Source: Myxococcales bacterium (GTDB taxonomy: Bacteria > Myxococcota_A > Polyangia > Polyangiales > DASUME01). Taken from it: a DNA stretch of 64,000 nt. Shown piece after piece: positions 46,563 through 56,401 of this stretch; the first letter of the stretch is position 1; each line of letters starts with the position of its first letter. The stretch is from NCBI GenBank assembly GCA_047601445.1, contig JASGJH010000001.1:7136001-7200000 (forward strand). Reading direction: 5' to 3'. The notes beneath the pieces are model-generated. The model was not told the DNA's origin and made no database searches. It worked only from the letters and a program-made list of their open reading frames with translations. A program made the translations under genes and the position numbers.

Positions 46563-47507
46563 TTGCGGAGTGGCTTAGGCGCAGATGTGCGTCGTGTAGG
46601 GACGTGGACCCTTCCGAGTCGGGCGAGGCAGCAGCCTTCCGACGGCTCGCGCGCTCCGACGCGGCGCCCGCGCTCCGGGGTGCTGTGGTTGATCCTGGGG
46701 CTACTCTTCGGGCTGGCTTTGCCGCTGCCGGCTTCGGCCAACCCCGACCTCGACAAAGCCATCCGCTTGAGCGGAGAGCTCGAGTTCAACCAGGCCCTTC
46801 GCGCGTTCCAAAAAGCCCTCGATTCCGGGAAGCTCTCGCGAAGCGAACTCGCCCAGCTCCTGGCCGAGCGGGCGCTGTTGCTGCACGCGCTGCGGCGCCA
46901 ACCCGAGGTGGTCTCCGATTTCCGTTGGCTGGCCGCCGTGGACCCCAGCTACAAGCTCGACAGCCGCGCGCCCCCCGACCTGACGGCGATCTGGGAATCC
47001 CTGCGACGGGAGGCGGGCGGTGCGGCCAAGATCGAGCTGCGCGACGAGAGCTCCCCGGGGCGCCTCCGCTTGCGTCCCTTGGTGAAGGGGGCGCATCCGG
47101 AAGGGCTCCGCATCGACGCTTACTTCCGGGTCGGGGGAGGTGCCTACGAGCCCCTCGATGAGGCCCTCGGCGTGGAGCGCAACTACCCCCAGGGAGCCGA
47201 CGTGCAGGCCTACGCCAGCTTGATCGGCCTCGGACAGGTACAGCTCTCCAGCGCGGGAAACCCCGAGAATCCGCTGGCCTTCGTGGTGCCGCCCGCAGGA
47301 AACGCGGCTGTCGCGGTGGCTGGGGGAGGCTTCGGGTCGGAGCCCGAGACGACCCCAGCTGACTCCAAGAAACGCATCGACCCCAAGTGGCTATGGATTG
47401 GCGGTGCGGCGGCCGTGGTGGTAGTGGTCGTGGTTACCGCGGCGGTGCTTGCCGGGGGCGGTGAGGATTCGAAGGACGTGCGGCTTACCCCGGTGGCGAA
47501 CTTCTGA
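46563..47507 (+). CDS. Secreted TPR-like protein with a C-terminal membrane anchor
   Basis: Signal peptide ending ASA; helical N-terminal domain; KWLWIGGAAAVVVVVVV; stop abuts the next ATG; start uncertain. Confidence 0.75.
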   Translation: MRSGLGADVRRVGTWTLPSRARQQPSDGSRAPTRRPRSGVLWLILGLLFGLALPLPASANPDLDKAIRLSGELEFNQALRAFQKALDSGKLSRSELAQLLAERALLLHALRRQPEVVSDFRWLAAVDPSYKLDSRAPPDLTAIWESLRREAGGAAKIELRDESSPGRLRLRPLVKGAHPEGLRIDAYFRVGGGAYEPLDEALGVERNYPQGADVQAYASLIGLGQVQLSSAGNPENPLAFVVPPAGNAAVAVAGGGFGSEPETTPADSKKRIDPKWLWIGGAAAVVVVVVVTAAVLAGGGEDSKDVRLTPVANF

Positions 47508-49286
47508 ATGAGTGGGGCGATGCCCGAAGGTGTTCCGATCGGAAGCTTCGAGGGACAGGTCCTCGGTAGCTATCGCATCCTGCGCCCGATCGCCGCCGGA
47601 GGCATGGCCACCGTGTACCTCGCGCGCAAGGCCGGGCCGCGCGGGTTCGCCCAAAACGCTGCCATCAAGGTGGTTCATCCGCACCTCGCGCTGCAGCCCG
47701 AGTTCGTGGAGATGTTCCTGGACGAAGCCCGGATCATCTCGCTGATCAACCACCCGAACGTCTGCCGTGTGCTCGACTTCGGCGCCTTCGGAGGCACCTA
47801 CTTCCTGGCCATGGAGTACGTGCGCGGGGAGACCTGGGGCGACGTGCTCGCCGCGCTGCATGCTCATCCCCAGGGCGCCAAGGCCGTCCCGTCGATTTCT
47901 GCCTGGGTCATGGCCCAGACCTGCGAAGGACTCCATGCCGCCCACGAGGCGCACGATGAGTCCGGAGCCCAGCTTCACATCGTGCATCGCGACGTCTCGC
48001 CGCAAAACCTGCTGGTGGGCTACGACGGCAGCCTGCGCATCGTGGACTTCGGCGTGGCCTACGCGGCCGAGCGCTCGCACGCCACGCGAGATGGCGCCGT
48101 CAAGGGGCGCTACGGCTACATGGCGCCGGAGCAGATGCGCGGCAACGCCGTGGATCGACGGGCGGACATCTGGTCGGTGGGCGTGATCCTGCGCGAGGCG
48201 CTCACGGGTGGACGCCTGTTCGCGCGCGAGAACGACGCCGCCACCATCTACGCGGTCACCGAGCAGCCGCTCCCGGTGTGGCCCGAGCACGTTCCGCTCG
48301 CGCTGCGCGCCGTGGCAGACCGGGCGTTGATTCGCGAAGCGGAGGGCCGCTACGCCACCGCGCGCGACATGGGGCGCGACTTGGTGCGTGCGCGTGACGC
48401 GGACGGCTCTGCGAGCGTCGACCTCTCCGAGTGGATGGCCAAGCTCTTCGCCGAGAACATCGAGCGCAAGAACGCGCTCATCCGCGAGCTCGCTCAGCTA
48501 CCCAACACGCTCTCGCCCGGCGATGGCGTGCGCCCGCCCGCGCCCAAGGCGCAGGTGCCACCGCCGCCGCCGCCTTCCATGAACTCCACCGGCGGCCATC
48601 GCGCGGTCGGGACGACGCCACGCTCGGGCACGCCCACCACCAGCACCGTGCGCGAGGTCAGCAAGGGCAAGCAGCCCGTGCCGCCGCCTGTCGAGGTGCT
48701 CGCGGCCGAGAAGCGTCCGCCCTGGGTCATCCCTGTGTTCGTGGCCGGTGGCGTGGGCTCGCTGGTGCTCTTGTTCTTGCTGTTCTCGGGCTCGCCGGAG
48801 GGGACACCCAGCGTGACGTTGCAGACCCAGCCCACGCTGCCTGCTCCGGTGGTGCAGCCCATGGTGCCCTCGGTGCTCTCTCCGCCCAGTCCTGCGGGCG
48901 CGACCGTGCAACAAGTGGCTCCTGCCGTTCCCGCAGAAGGCGCGAGTGGTAGGGCGACCGAGCCGGCCGACAAGCCCATCCCGACGGGTGAGCGCGGCGC
49001 AGGCCGCAGCGGTCGCGAAACGAACGGCTCGGAAGCGAGCTCGAGCTCGAGTCGGCGCTCGTCGAGCCGCGCCGAGAACGGCACTGTGGTGATTGGCGCC
49101 GTGGGAGGCTGGGCGGACGTGTTCCTCGGCGCGCGGCGCCTGGGCACCACGCCGGTGGTGGCCACGCTCCCGGCCGGCACGCATACGCTTACCGTCTATC
49201 CCTTCGGGAAGGGACCGGCGCAGCGCTCGCGCATCGAGATCAAAGCGGGCGAACAGCTGAAGCACAAGCTGACACTGGGTCGCTAG
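47508..49286 (+). CDS. Membrane Ser/Thr protein kinase with PEGA-like C-terminus
   Basis: AAGGMA, AIK, HRDVSPQN, DFG, YMAPE, DIWSVG; TM; LGTTP. Confidence 0.95.
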   Translation: MSGAMPEGVPIGSFEGQVLGSYRILRPIAAGGMATVYLARKAGPRGFAQNAAIKVVHPHLALQPEFVEMFLDEARIISLINHPNVCRVLDFGAFGGTYFLAMEYVRGETWGDVLAALHAHPQGAKAVPSISAWVMAQTCEGLHAAHEAHDESGAQLHIVHRDVSPQNLLVGYDGSLRIVDFGVAYAAERSHATRDGAVKGRYGYMAPEQMRGNAVDRRADIWSVGVILREALTGGRLFARENDAATIYAVTEQPLPVWPEHVPLALRAVADRALIREAEGRYATARDMGRDLVRARDADGSASVDLSEWMAKLFAENIERKNALIRELAQLPNTLSPGDGVRPPAPKAQVPPPPPPSMNSTGGHRAVGTTPRSGTPTTSTVREVSKGKQPVPPPVEVLAAEKRPPWVIPVFVAGGVGSLVLLFLLFSGSPEGTPSVTLQTQPTLPAPVVQPMVPSVLSPPSPAGATVQQVAPAVPAEGASGRATEPADKPIPTGERGAGRSGRETNGSEASSSSSRRSSSRAENGTVVIGAVGGWADVFLGARRLGTTPVVATLPAGTHTLTVYPFGKGPAQRSRIEIKAGEQLKHKLTLGR

Positions 49287-49573
49287 CTCTGGCTTGAACG
49301 CTCGCTGGGTGCGCGCGTGAGCTCCGCGCACGCGGCGGTGCCAGCGAGTGACGTGCGTCGGCATGCATGAGCACGCCGGTCTGCTCGATGTTTCCGGCCG
49401 ATTCTGCGCGTATCTCCGGTGTGTCGCGAGCGTTTCTGCTGCCTAACTTGCGGTAGAACCAAACGTGTGGAGTCGATCGATGGCTAGCTTCGGAGTGCGG
49501 TTGATCGTAGGTGGAGGTTGAGAGTCAGACTGCAGACATGGGATCGGCAGCGCACAGGACGGAGGGAGCTTGC

Positions 49574-50713
49574 ATGGTTCGTCGCATCGCGATCAACACG
49601 GGCGGCGGTGACGCACCGGGCCTCAATGCCGTGATCCGCGCGGTCGCGCTCAGCGCGCTCAATCGCGGCTGGGAGGTCATCGGCATCAGGCGCGGTTACG
49701 AAGGCTTGCTGGAGGACGATCCGGAGGGACTCATTCGCTTGGACCGGCGTGCGGTGCGCGGCATCGCCCACCTGGGCGGCACCATTCTGGGGACCACCAA
49801 CCGCGGCGACCCCTTCAGCTATCCGGCGCTGGTGCAGGGCAAGAAAGTCCCGACCGATGTGTCGGCGCGCCTGGTGGAGCGCTTCAAGAGCTTGTCCATC
49901 GACGCCCTCGTGGCGCTCGGGGGCGACGGCTCCATGAGCATCGCGCAGCGCCTGATGGAGCGCGGGCTCCCCCGTGTGATCGGCGTGCCCAAGACCATCG
50001 ACAATGATCTCAGAGGCACCAACGTGACCTTCGGCTTCGCTACCGCGGTGGCCACTACCACCGAGGCCCTCGACAAGCTTCACACCACGGCGCAAGCCCA
50101 TCGCCGCGTGATGGTGGTGGAGGTCATGGGGCGTCACGCGGGTTGGATCGCGCTCCACGCTGGCATTGCGGGCGGCGCCGACGTGATCTTGATGCCGGAG
50201 ATTCCCTTCTCGTTCGAGCGTGTCTGCGAGAAGCTGCGCGAGCGCTACGAGAACAAGAGTGAGTTCGCCATCGTGGTGGTCTCCGAGGGCGCCAAAGAAC
50301 TGGGCGGTGAAGCCATGTACAAGCTCGACAAGGATGCCTTCAAGGAGCACGCCGTGTTGGGCGGCATCGGCGAACGTCTGGCTCGCCAGATCGAGGCTGC
50401 CACCGGCTACGAGTCGCGCGCGGTGGTGCTCGGGCACCTGCAGCGCGGCGGGTCGCCCGTGAGCTTCGATCGCCTGCTGGCCCAGTGCATGGGGTCCGCT
50501 GCCGTGCGCTATCTGGCCGAGGGCAATGAGAGCGGGATGGTGGCGCAGGTGGCGGGCGAGATCCGTTTGGTGCCGTTCGACCTCGTGATTGGCGGGACCC
50601 GTGGTGTGGACGTGAAGGGCGACGCCGTGGCCACGGGCCGCGACCTCGGGATCTGCTTCGGTGACGAGCCGGAGGGATGGTTCCGGAGGCATTCGTACGT
50701 GGCTGCGCAATGA
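49574..50713 (+). CDS. pfkA: 6-phosphofructokinase (group III type, probably ATP-dependent)
   Basis: TGGGDAPGLNA, GGTILGT, GGDGS, PKTIDND, EVMGR, LGHLQRGG. Confidence 0.95.
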   Translation: MVRRIAINTGGGDAPGLNAVIRAVALSALNRGWEVIGIRRGYEGLLEDDPEGLIRLDRRAVRGIAHLGGTILGTTNRGDPFSYPALVQGKKVPTDVSARLVERFKSLSIDALVALGGDGSMSIAQRLMERGLPRVIGVPKTIDNDLRGTNVTFGFATAVATTTEALDKLHTTAQAHRRVMVVEVMGRHAGWIALHAGIAGGADVILMPEIPFSFERVCEKLRERYENKSEFAIVVVSEGAKELGGEAMYKLDKDAFKEHAVLGGIGERLARQIEAATGYESRAVVLGHLQRGGSPVSFDRLLAQCMGSAAVRYLAEGNESGMVAQVAGEIRLVPFDLVIGGTRGVDVKGDAVATGRDLGICFGDEPEGWFRRHSYVAAQ

Positions 50714-50779
50714 AGGGATGCCAGGCGCCCCGACCGCGATCCCTTGACGCTATCTCGGGGACGGTGCACATGCCCCGGC

Positions 50780-51622
50780 ATGGCCAAACGCAACGCGCGA
50801 CAGACGGTCTTGATCACGGGTGCAGCCAGCGGAATCGGGCGCGAGACAGCGCGCGCCTTCGCTGAACGCGGTGCAGCCCTGGAGCTCACGGACCTCAACT
50901 ATGACGGACTGCTCGAAACCAAGAGGCTGTGCGAGGCCGCCGGTGCGTCGTCGGTGCACGTGGAGCCGGTGGACGTGGCGGACCCAGCGGCCATGGAGCG
51001 CTACGGGCGCAGCGTGCACTCACGTGTGAACGCGGTGGACGTACTGATCAACAACGCGGGCATTGGGGCTGCTGGGCGCTTCCTCGAGGCGTCGCTCGAG
51101 ACGTGGCGCAAGACCCTCGACATCAACTTGATGGGCGTCGTGCACGGCTGTCGTGTCTTCGTGCCCGCCATGGTCGCGCGCGGGCAGGGCGGCAGCGTGG
51201 TCAACGTGGCCTCGGTGGCGGGGCTCGTCGGCATGCCCGACATGCCCGTGTACTGCACGAGCAAATACGCAGTCGTGGGGCTCTCGGAGAGCCTGCGAGG
51301 AGATTTGGCGCGCCACAAGATCCGCGTGAGCTGCATCTGCCCGGGCGTGGTGGACACCAACATCGTCCACAGCACGCTCTACGAAGGTAAGGACTTCACG
51401 CCCGAAGTTCGGCAAGGCATCCAGAAGTTCTACGCAGGCCGCAAGTACACGCCGCGCAAGGTGGCCGACGCCATCGTGAGCGCGGTGGATCGCGGGGCGG
51501 GACTCGTGCCGGTGACACCCGAGAGTTGGTTCATGTGGCTCACCCAGCGCGCGGCGCCCGGGCTCATCGCGAGCTTGGGCCGAGGCGACAAAGTGTTCGC
51601 CCAGTTGCAAAAGCGGGGGTGA
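50780..51622 (+). CDS. SDR family oxidoreductase
   Basis: TGAASGIG, NNAG, YCTSK, CPG.VDT. Confidence 0.95.
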   Translation: MAKRNARQTVLITGAASGIGRETARAFAERGAALELTDLNYDGLLETKRLCEAAGASSVHVEPVDVADPAAMERYGRSVHSRVNAVDVLINNAGIGAAGRFLEASLETWRKTLDINLMGVVHGCRVFVPAMVARGQGGSVVNVASVAGLVGMPDMPVYCTSKYAVVGLSESLRGDLARHKIRVSCICPGVVDTNIVHSTLYEGKDFTPEVRQGIQKFYAGRKYTPRKVADAIVSAVDRGAGLVPVTPESWFMWLTQRAAPGLIASLGRGDKVFAQLQKRG

Positions 51623-51712
51623 AAAACAGGCCTGTTTGGGGGATCAGGGGTGCGCTTGTCACTCATTTGAGCGTTGCGACGAAGTAGGTTCGCGCTTACA
51701 AGTCGTCTGCAT

Positions 51713-53611
51713 ATGCTTCGCTCTTCCTTGACCCTGCCACTCGCCCTGGCTCTGGGCTTCGCCGCCGCTTGTTCGTCCGACCCACCGCTGCAAGTCGATC
51801 GCGGCCCGATCGAACCTGGCGACGGCGATGGCGATCAGCACAACGACGAGGACGACCACCCGCGCGGTGATGGCGACGCGGAGGACGCGGGACAGGGCCA
51901 GCCCGATGCGGGTCCGGTGAAGCACGGGCCTACCCCGGTGACACTCGCGGAGTGCACGGCGGCCAGCGCAGGACTCAGTGCGGATCGCCTGAACAAGCTG
52001 CGTGCAGGCGGCGAGCTCGGCGACATGCGCTTCATCTATCCCTACGATGGGACAGTCTTCCCGCGCGGTCTCGCGGCGCCTGTGCTGATGTGGAAGAGCA
52101 GCGACACGGAGCAGGCCGACGCGGTGTACGTGCACATCAAGTCGAGCTGGTTCGAGTATTCGGGGTGTATGAAGCCCGATGCCAAGGGACGCATCGCGCT
52201 GCCGCAAGAAGTGTGGGAGCAGGCGGGCGCGCAGAGTCCAGGCAAGAGCGATCCATTCAGCGTCGAGCTCAGCGCCATTCGCGGCAGCATGGTGCGCGGT
52301 CCCCTCACGCAGTCCATCATCATCGCGCCGGCCAGCCTCAAGGGCTCGGTCTTCTACAACAGCTATAGCTCTCCGTTGGCTATGTCCAAGGGAGCGCCGG
52401 GTGGTGCGGTGCTGCGCATTCCATCGGGCGGCGAGGCCGAGGTGTTCCTGGGGCAAACCGGCTGCGTGGGTTGCCACTCGGTGTCGGCGCACGGCAATCG
52501 CCTGGTGGTGTCGGCCTCGGAAGTAGACGGCGTGTACAAGCTCGAGCCCAAGGGCGCGGTGAACCCGCCCGCCCTGCGCGGCAACAGCTACGGCAACGTG
52601 GGCCTCACGCCCGACGGAACCATCTTCGTGGCCGAGGGCTCGATGTTCGAGACCGACACCGGCGATATGATCGGCGACGCGGGGCTGCCGCTCTACGCCC
52701 ATGAAGGCAACTTCTCGCCCGACGGCAAGCAGCTCACCTTCGTCGACTACGATTCCGACGCCGGTGTCTCCGTGCTCGCAAGCATGAGTTGGGATCAAGG
52801 GGCGCGGAAGCTTGGGGACTACAAGAGCCTGATGAAGTCCACGGTGGACGCCCAGGGCATGATGCAACCCAACATCGAATGGCCCACGTTCCTGCCCGAC
52901 AGCAAGGCCGTTATCTTCGCCGACATCAACAAGAACGACCTCTTCATCACCGATGTGGCCACCGGCAAGGTCACGCTGCTCGCGCGCGCCGTGGGCTTCA
53001 AGTCGACGAGCGACGCCGCGCAGGACACCACGACGTATTTGCCGTTCGGCGCCGACGAGCTGCACCAGTCGTACTATCCGACCGTCGCGCCGGTGGCCGC
53101 GGGCGGCTACTTCTGGGTCTTCTTCGATACCAGCCGGCACTACGGTAACTTCGACACCACCAAGATCGATCCCGTGGCTCCGCAGCCACCCGTGGTCGTG
53201 CCCGTAGATCCGTTGTGCGCGGCGTTGCCCTTCCTGTGTCCTGATCCCGTGCCGGTGGATCCGGGGCCATCGACGCCTGCAGTCCAGTCGCGACAGCTCT
53301 GGGTCACGGCCATCGAGATCTCTCCCGACGGCAGCTACACGAGCGACCCGAGCGCGCCCGCGTTCTACCTGCCCGGACAGGAGATCGGCGCCAACAACCA
53401 TCGCGCGTTCGCGGCGCTCGATCCGTGCCTGCCGAACGGACAGAGCTGCGAGAGCGGCACGGAGTGCTGCGAGGGCTACTGCACGGAGGGCGTCTGTTCG
53501 GGGCCCACGGACAGCTGTTCCAAGACCGAAGAAGCCTGCGACACGAGCGCGGATTGCTGCGACGAACAGGACCGCTGTATCAATGGTTTCTGCAGCTTCG
53601 TGCTGTTGTGA
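51713..53611 (+). CDS. Lipoprotein with TolB-like propeller and Cys-rich C-terminal modules
   Basis: Lipobox AAAC; YPYDGTVFPRG; CVGCHSVS; FSPDGKQL; GGYFWVFF.T.R.YG; DPSAPAFYLPGQ; CC-containing tail. Confidence 0.85.
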   Translation: MLRSSLTLPLALALGFAAACSSDPPLQVDRGPIEPGDGDGDQHNDEDDHPRGDGDAEDAGQGQPDAGPVKHGPTPVTLAECTAASAGLSADRLNKLRAGGELGDMRFIYPYDGTVFPRGLAAPVLMWKSSDTEQADAVYVHIKSSWFEYSGCMKPDAKGRIALPQEVWEQAGAQSPGKSDPFSVELSAIRGSMVRGPLTQSIIIAPASLKGSVFYNSYSSPLAMSKGAPGGAVLRIPSGGEAEVFLGQTGCVGCHSVSAHGNRLVVSASEVDGVYKLEPKGAVNPPALRGNSYGNVGLTPDGTIFVAEGSMFETDTGDMIGDAGLPLYAHEGNFSPDGKQLTFVDYDSDAGVSVLASMSWDQGARKLGDYKSLMKSTVDAQGMMQPNIEWPTFLPDSKAVIFADINKNDLFITDVATGKVTLLARAVGFKSTSDAAQDTTTYLPFGADELHQSYYPTVAPVAAGGYFWVFFDTSRHYGNFDTTKIDPVAPQPPVVVPVDPLCAALPFLCPDPVPVDPGPSTPAVQSRQLWVTAIEISPDGSYTSDPSAPAFYLPGQEIGANNHRAFAALDPCLPNGQSCESGTECCEGYCTEGVCSGPTDSCSKTEEACDTSADCCDEQDRCINGFCSFVLL

Positions 53612-53740
53612 CGCGGCGTAATCGGCATTGTTGCTACCAGCGCTTCGTCCCCGCGTGCCTGGTTGCGTGGCTTCCAAAACCTGTGAGCAGGCGCAAGCTG
53701 GTGTGCCTACCCGGCGAGCTCACGTGATAGGCTGCGCCTG

Positions 53741-54475
53741 ATGCTTGGTCTCTCGGGCGCCCGGCCCAGCTCTGTAGTGCGACTGTCCCTGCTGTTGTGG
53801 GCCAGCTCGCAAGCAGGCTGCTTTCTGCTGGGGTACGAGGGCATCGCCGGCAGCCTGGACGCGGGCATGACCTCCGATACGGGCACCACGGACGCCTCCG
53901 AGCTGCCAGTGAACGACGGCGCGATCGCCAGCGATGCCGGTGAGGGCGATCTCGATGCAGGTCATGGAGATGCCGGTACTGACGCGGGCCAGGTGGTCGA
54001 CGCGGGCGCAGACTCGGGGGCGCCGCCGCTGAGGGACGGCTGGTGGAAGGGCACGGAACCCACCACGTCTTGCTCGGGCTTGCCCGGAGCGGTCTGCACG
54101 CAGACTTGTCCGACCACCGCCACCGCGCCCTGCGTGTTTGAATGCAGCGCCATCGCGTCGTGTGCCTCTGCCTGCGAGTACGGTTCGCAGTGCTACTCGG
54201 AGTGCGGCACGATCGCCAACTGCAGCCACAACTGCAACGCAGGGGCTGAGTGCTGGTACGTGGCGAAGTCGAGCTACGCCAACGTCACCTGCGAGTACAA
54301 CTCCGTGTGCGACGTGACCTGTCCCGCCAACGTCGGCTGCAACGTGACCTGCGTCGTCGGCGCCTCGTGCCTCCTCGACTGTTCGGGCGGGCTCACTTGC
54401 AACATGGACTGCAAGAGTGGCATCAAGGCCAGCTGCCCTGATGGCACTGTAGTGTGTGATCACGCTTGTCCGTAG
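53741..54475 (+). CDS. Cys-rich repeat lipoprotein
   Basis: Lipobox-like QAGC; DAG linker; 24 Cys, largely in a CxxxC-x5 period. Confidence 0.8.
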   Translation: MLGLSGARPSSVVRLSLLLWASSQAGCFLLGYEGIAGSLDAGMTSDTGTTDASELPVNDGAIASDAGEGDLDAGHGDAGTDAGQVVDAGADSGAPPLRDGWWKGTEPTTSCSGLPGAVCTQTCPTTATAPCVFECSAIASCASACEYGSQCYSECGTIANCSHNCNAGAECWYVAKSSYANVTCEYNSVCDVTCPANVGCNVTCVVGASCLLDCSGGLTCNMDCKSGIKASCPDGTVVCDHACP

Positions 54476-54478
54476 AGA

Positions 54479-54568
54479 GCCGCGAGCGGCTATCGGCCAT
54501 GGATGGCCGCACGCCGATTGCGGATAGCCGCACGCAGAGAGCCGCTGGCGGATGGCCGCCGGCTTTTT
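54479..54568. repeat. Inverted heptamer array ending in an intrinsic terminator
   Basis: GCCGCAC/GCCGATT/GCGGATA/GCCGCAC/GCAGAGA/GCCGCTG/GCGGATG/GCCGCCG (54506-54561), then a T run. Confidence 0.65.
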
Positions 54569-56401
54569 TTACCCGGGCTCGGGCTCCCGCCCGGCGCCTG
54601 ACAGCGCAGCAGCGGCTTCTTCGTTGAGGGCCTGGCCAGCGCGCTGGGGGGTGGTGAACGGCTGAGGTTTGGGGGCGTTGCCCAGGATGAGCGCAGAGCC
54701 TGCGGAAAGGCCCGCGGTGAGTTCCAGTGCCCTGCGCTCAGCGTCGCGCTTGCGCACTTGCGCCACCACTTCTTCGGCCTCGAGATCCGGCACTCCCAGC
54801 GCCTTCAACGCGGCCTCACCGAACGCCATGGCAGACTCGAAGGTCTCGCGGATCTGGAAATCCACCTCCTTGCCCAGCAGCTCCAGCGCATGCTCGCGAT
54901 CGAAGGAGCGCACCAGCAGCTTGGCCTGGCCGAACTCGGCTTTGGTCAGGTCGACGATCTTATTGATGGCGGCGCGATTGTCGATGCAGACGGCGATGGC
55001 GTTGGCCTTGCCGGCGCCCGAGGCGCGCAGCACGTCGAGGCGTGAGCCGTCGCCATAGTAGACCTTGAACCCGAACTCGGCCGCGCTGCGGATCATCTCC
55101 GTATCGGTGTCGATGATGGAGACGTCGAGTCCGCGCGCGAGGAAGGCCTGACTCACGACCTGACCGAAGCGACCGAAGCCGATCAAGAGCACGCTCCCGC
55201 CGAGTCCGTCGGCGAGCTCGATGCCCTCCATGGACTCCTCTTCTTTGGCAGCAAGCAAGCGCAGCGCGAACATGCCGAGCGGCGTGAGGGCCATCGACAC
55301 GATCACGATGGCGGCCAGCACCGCATTGGTGCGCGCGTCGAGCACCCCTCCAGCCAGCGCGGCTCCGTAGAGCACGAAGGCGAACTCGCCGCCCTGGGCC
55401 AACAGCGTCGACCGATACAGCGCCTCGTTGTGCGAGGCGTGGCCGAGCCGCGCCACCGTGTAGATACCGGCGGACTTGAGCACCCGCATGGCGAGCACGC
55501 CGCCCACGATCCAGGGCCAGTCGCGCGCGAAGACGGATAGATCGAGCGACATGCCCACGCCCAGGAAGAACAAGCCGAGCAGGATGCCGCGGAAGGGTTC
55601 GATGTCGGCCTCGAGTTGGTGGCGAAAGCTCGACTCGGACAGGAGCACGCCCGCCAGGAAGGCACCCATGGCCATGGAGAGCCCGCCTGCCTGCATCAAG
55701 AGCCCGGAGCCGAGCACCACCAACAGTGCGGCAGCAGTCATCACCTCGCGTGCTTCGGCGCGCGCCAGCAGGCGGAACATGGGGCTCAACAAGAAGCGCC
55801 CCGCGAAGACCAGGCCGAACACGGCGGCGAGGCCAATCAGGATGCCGAGCCAGCGCTGCTGATGGGTGACCTCTTCCTGTGGCGAGAGCCAGGCCACCAG
55901 CGCCAATAGCGGCACGATGGCGAGATCCTCGAACAGCAGGATAGAGACCACGCGTTGTCCACGCGGCGTGCCGGTCTCCCCGCGCTCCTCCATGACTTGC
56001 ATGGCGATGGCCGTGGACGACAGCACGAAGCCCATGCCACCGATGCACGCCACGGCGGGCGTCAGGCCCAGCGCGCAGCCCGCGCCCGTGATCAGCGCCC
56101 CGCACACGCCCACTTGCAGCGCGCCCAGGCCGAAAATCTCGCGTCGCATGCTCCACAGGCGCGCCGGCTCCATCTCGAGCCCGATCACGAACAGGAACAT
56201 CACCACGCCCAGCTCGGCCACGTGCAGGATGGAGTTGGGGTCCGTGAACAGCCGCAAACCGAACGGGCCGATCGCCAGACCCGCCGCCAGGTAACCCAGC
56301 ACCGAGCCGAGTCCCAGGCGCTTGAACACCGGCACCGCCACCACCCCCGCGCCGAGCAGGGCGACCACCTGGGCCAGATCATTTCCCGAGTGTGCCGACA
56401 T
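54569..56401 (-). CDS. KefB/KefC-type K+ efflux antiporter (CPA2 plus KTN)
   Basis: AELGVVMFLFVIGLE, LSSTA, LLFED, HQLEADIEP, QGGEFAFV, GFGRFGQ. Confidence 0.93.
   Translation of the reverse strand: MSAHSGNDLAQVVALLGAGVVAVPVFKRLGLGSVLGYLAAGLAIGPFGLRLFTDPNSILHVAELGVVMFLFVIGLEMEPARLWSMRREIFGLGALQVGVCGALITGAGCALGLTPAVACIGGMGFVLSSTAIAMQVMEERGETGTPRGQRVVSILLFEDLAIVPLLALVAWLSPQEEVTHQQRWLGILIGLAAVFGLVFAGRFLLSPMFRLLARAEAREVMTAAALLVVLGSGLLMQAGGLSMAMGAFLAGVLLSESSFRHQLEADIEPFRGILLGLFFLGVGMSLDLSVFARDWPWIVGGVLAMRVLKSAGIYTVARLGHASHNEALYRSTLLAQGGEFAFVLYGAALAGGVLDARTNAVLAAIVIVSMALTPLGMFALRLLAAKEEESMEGIELADGLGGSVLLIGFGRFGQVVSQAFLARGLDVSIIDTDTEMIRSAAEFGFKVYYGDGSRLDVLRASGAGKANAIAVCIDNRAAINKIVDLTKAEFGQAKLLVRSFDREHALELLGKEVDFQIRETFESAMAFGEAALKALGVPDLEAEEVVAQVRKRDAERRALELTAGLSAGSALILGNAPKPQPFTTPQRAGQALNEEAAAALSGAGREPEPG

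Noticed and set aside
49574..50713. PPi-dependent PFK linked to the membrane PPase
   Set aside because: GGDG rather than GGDD points to ATP use, and the genes are 8 kb apart
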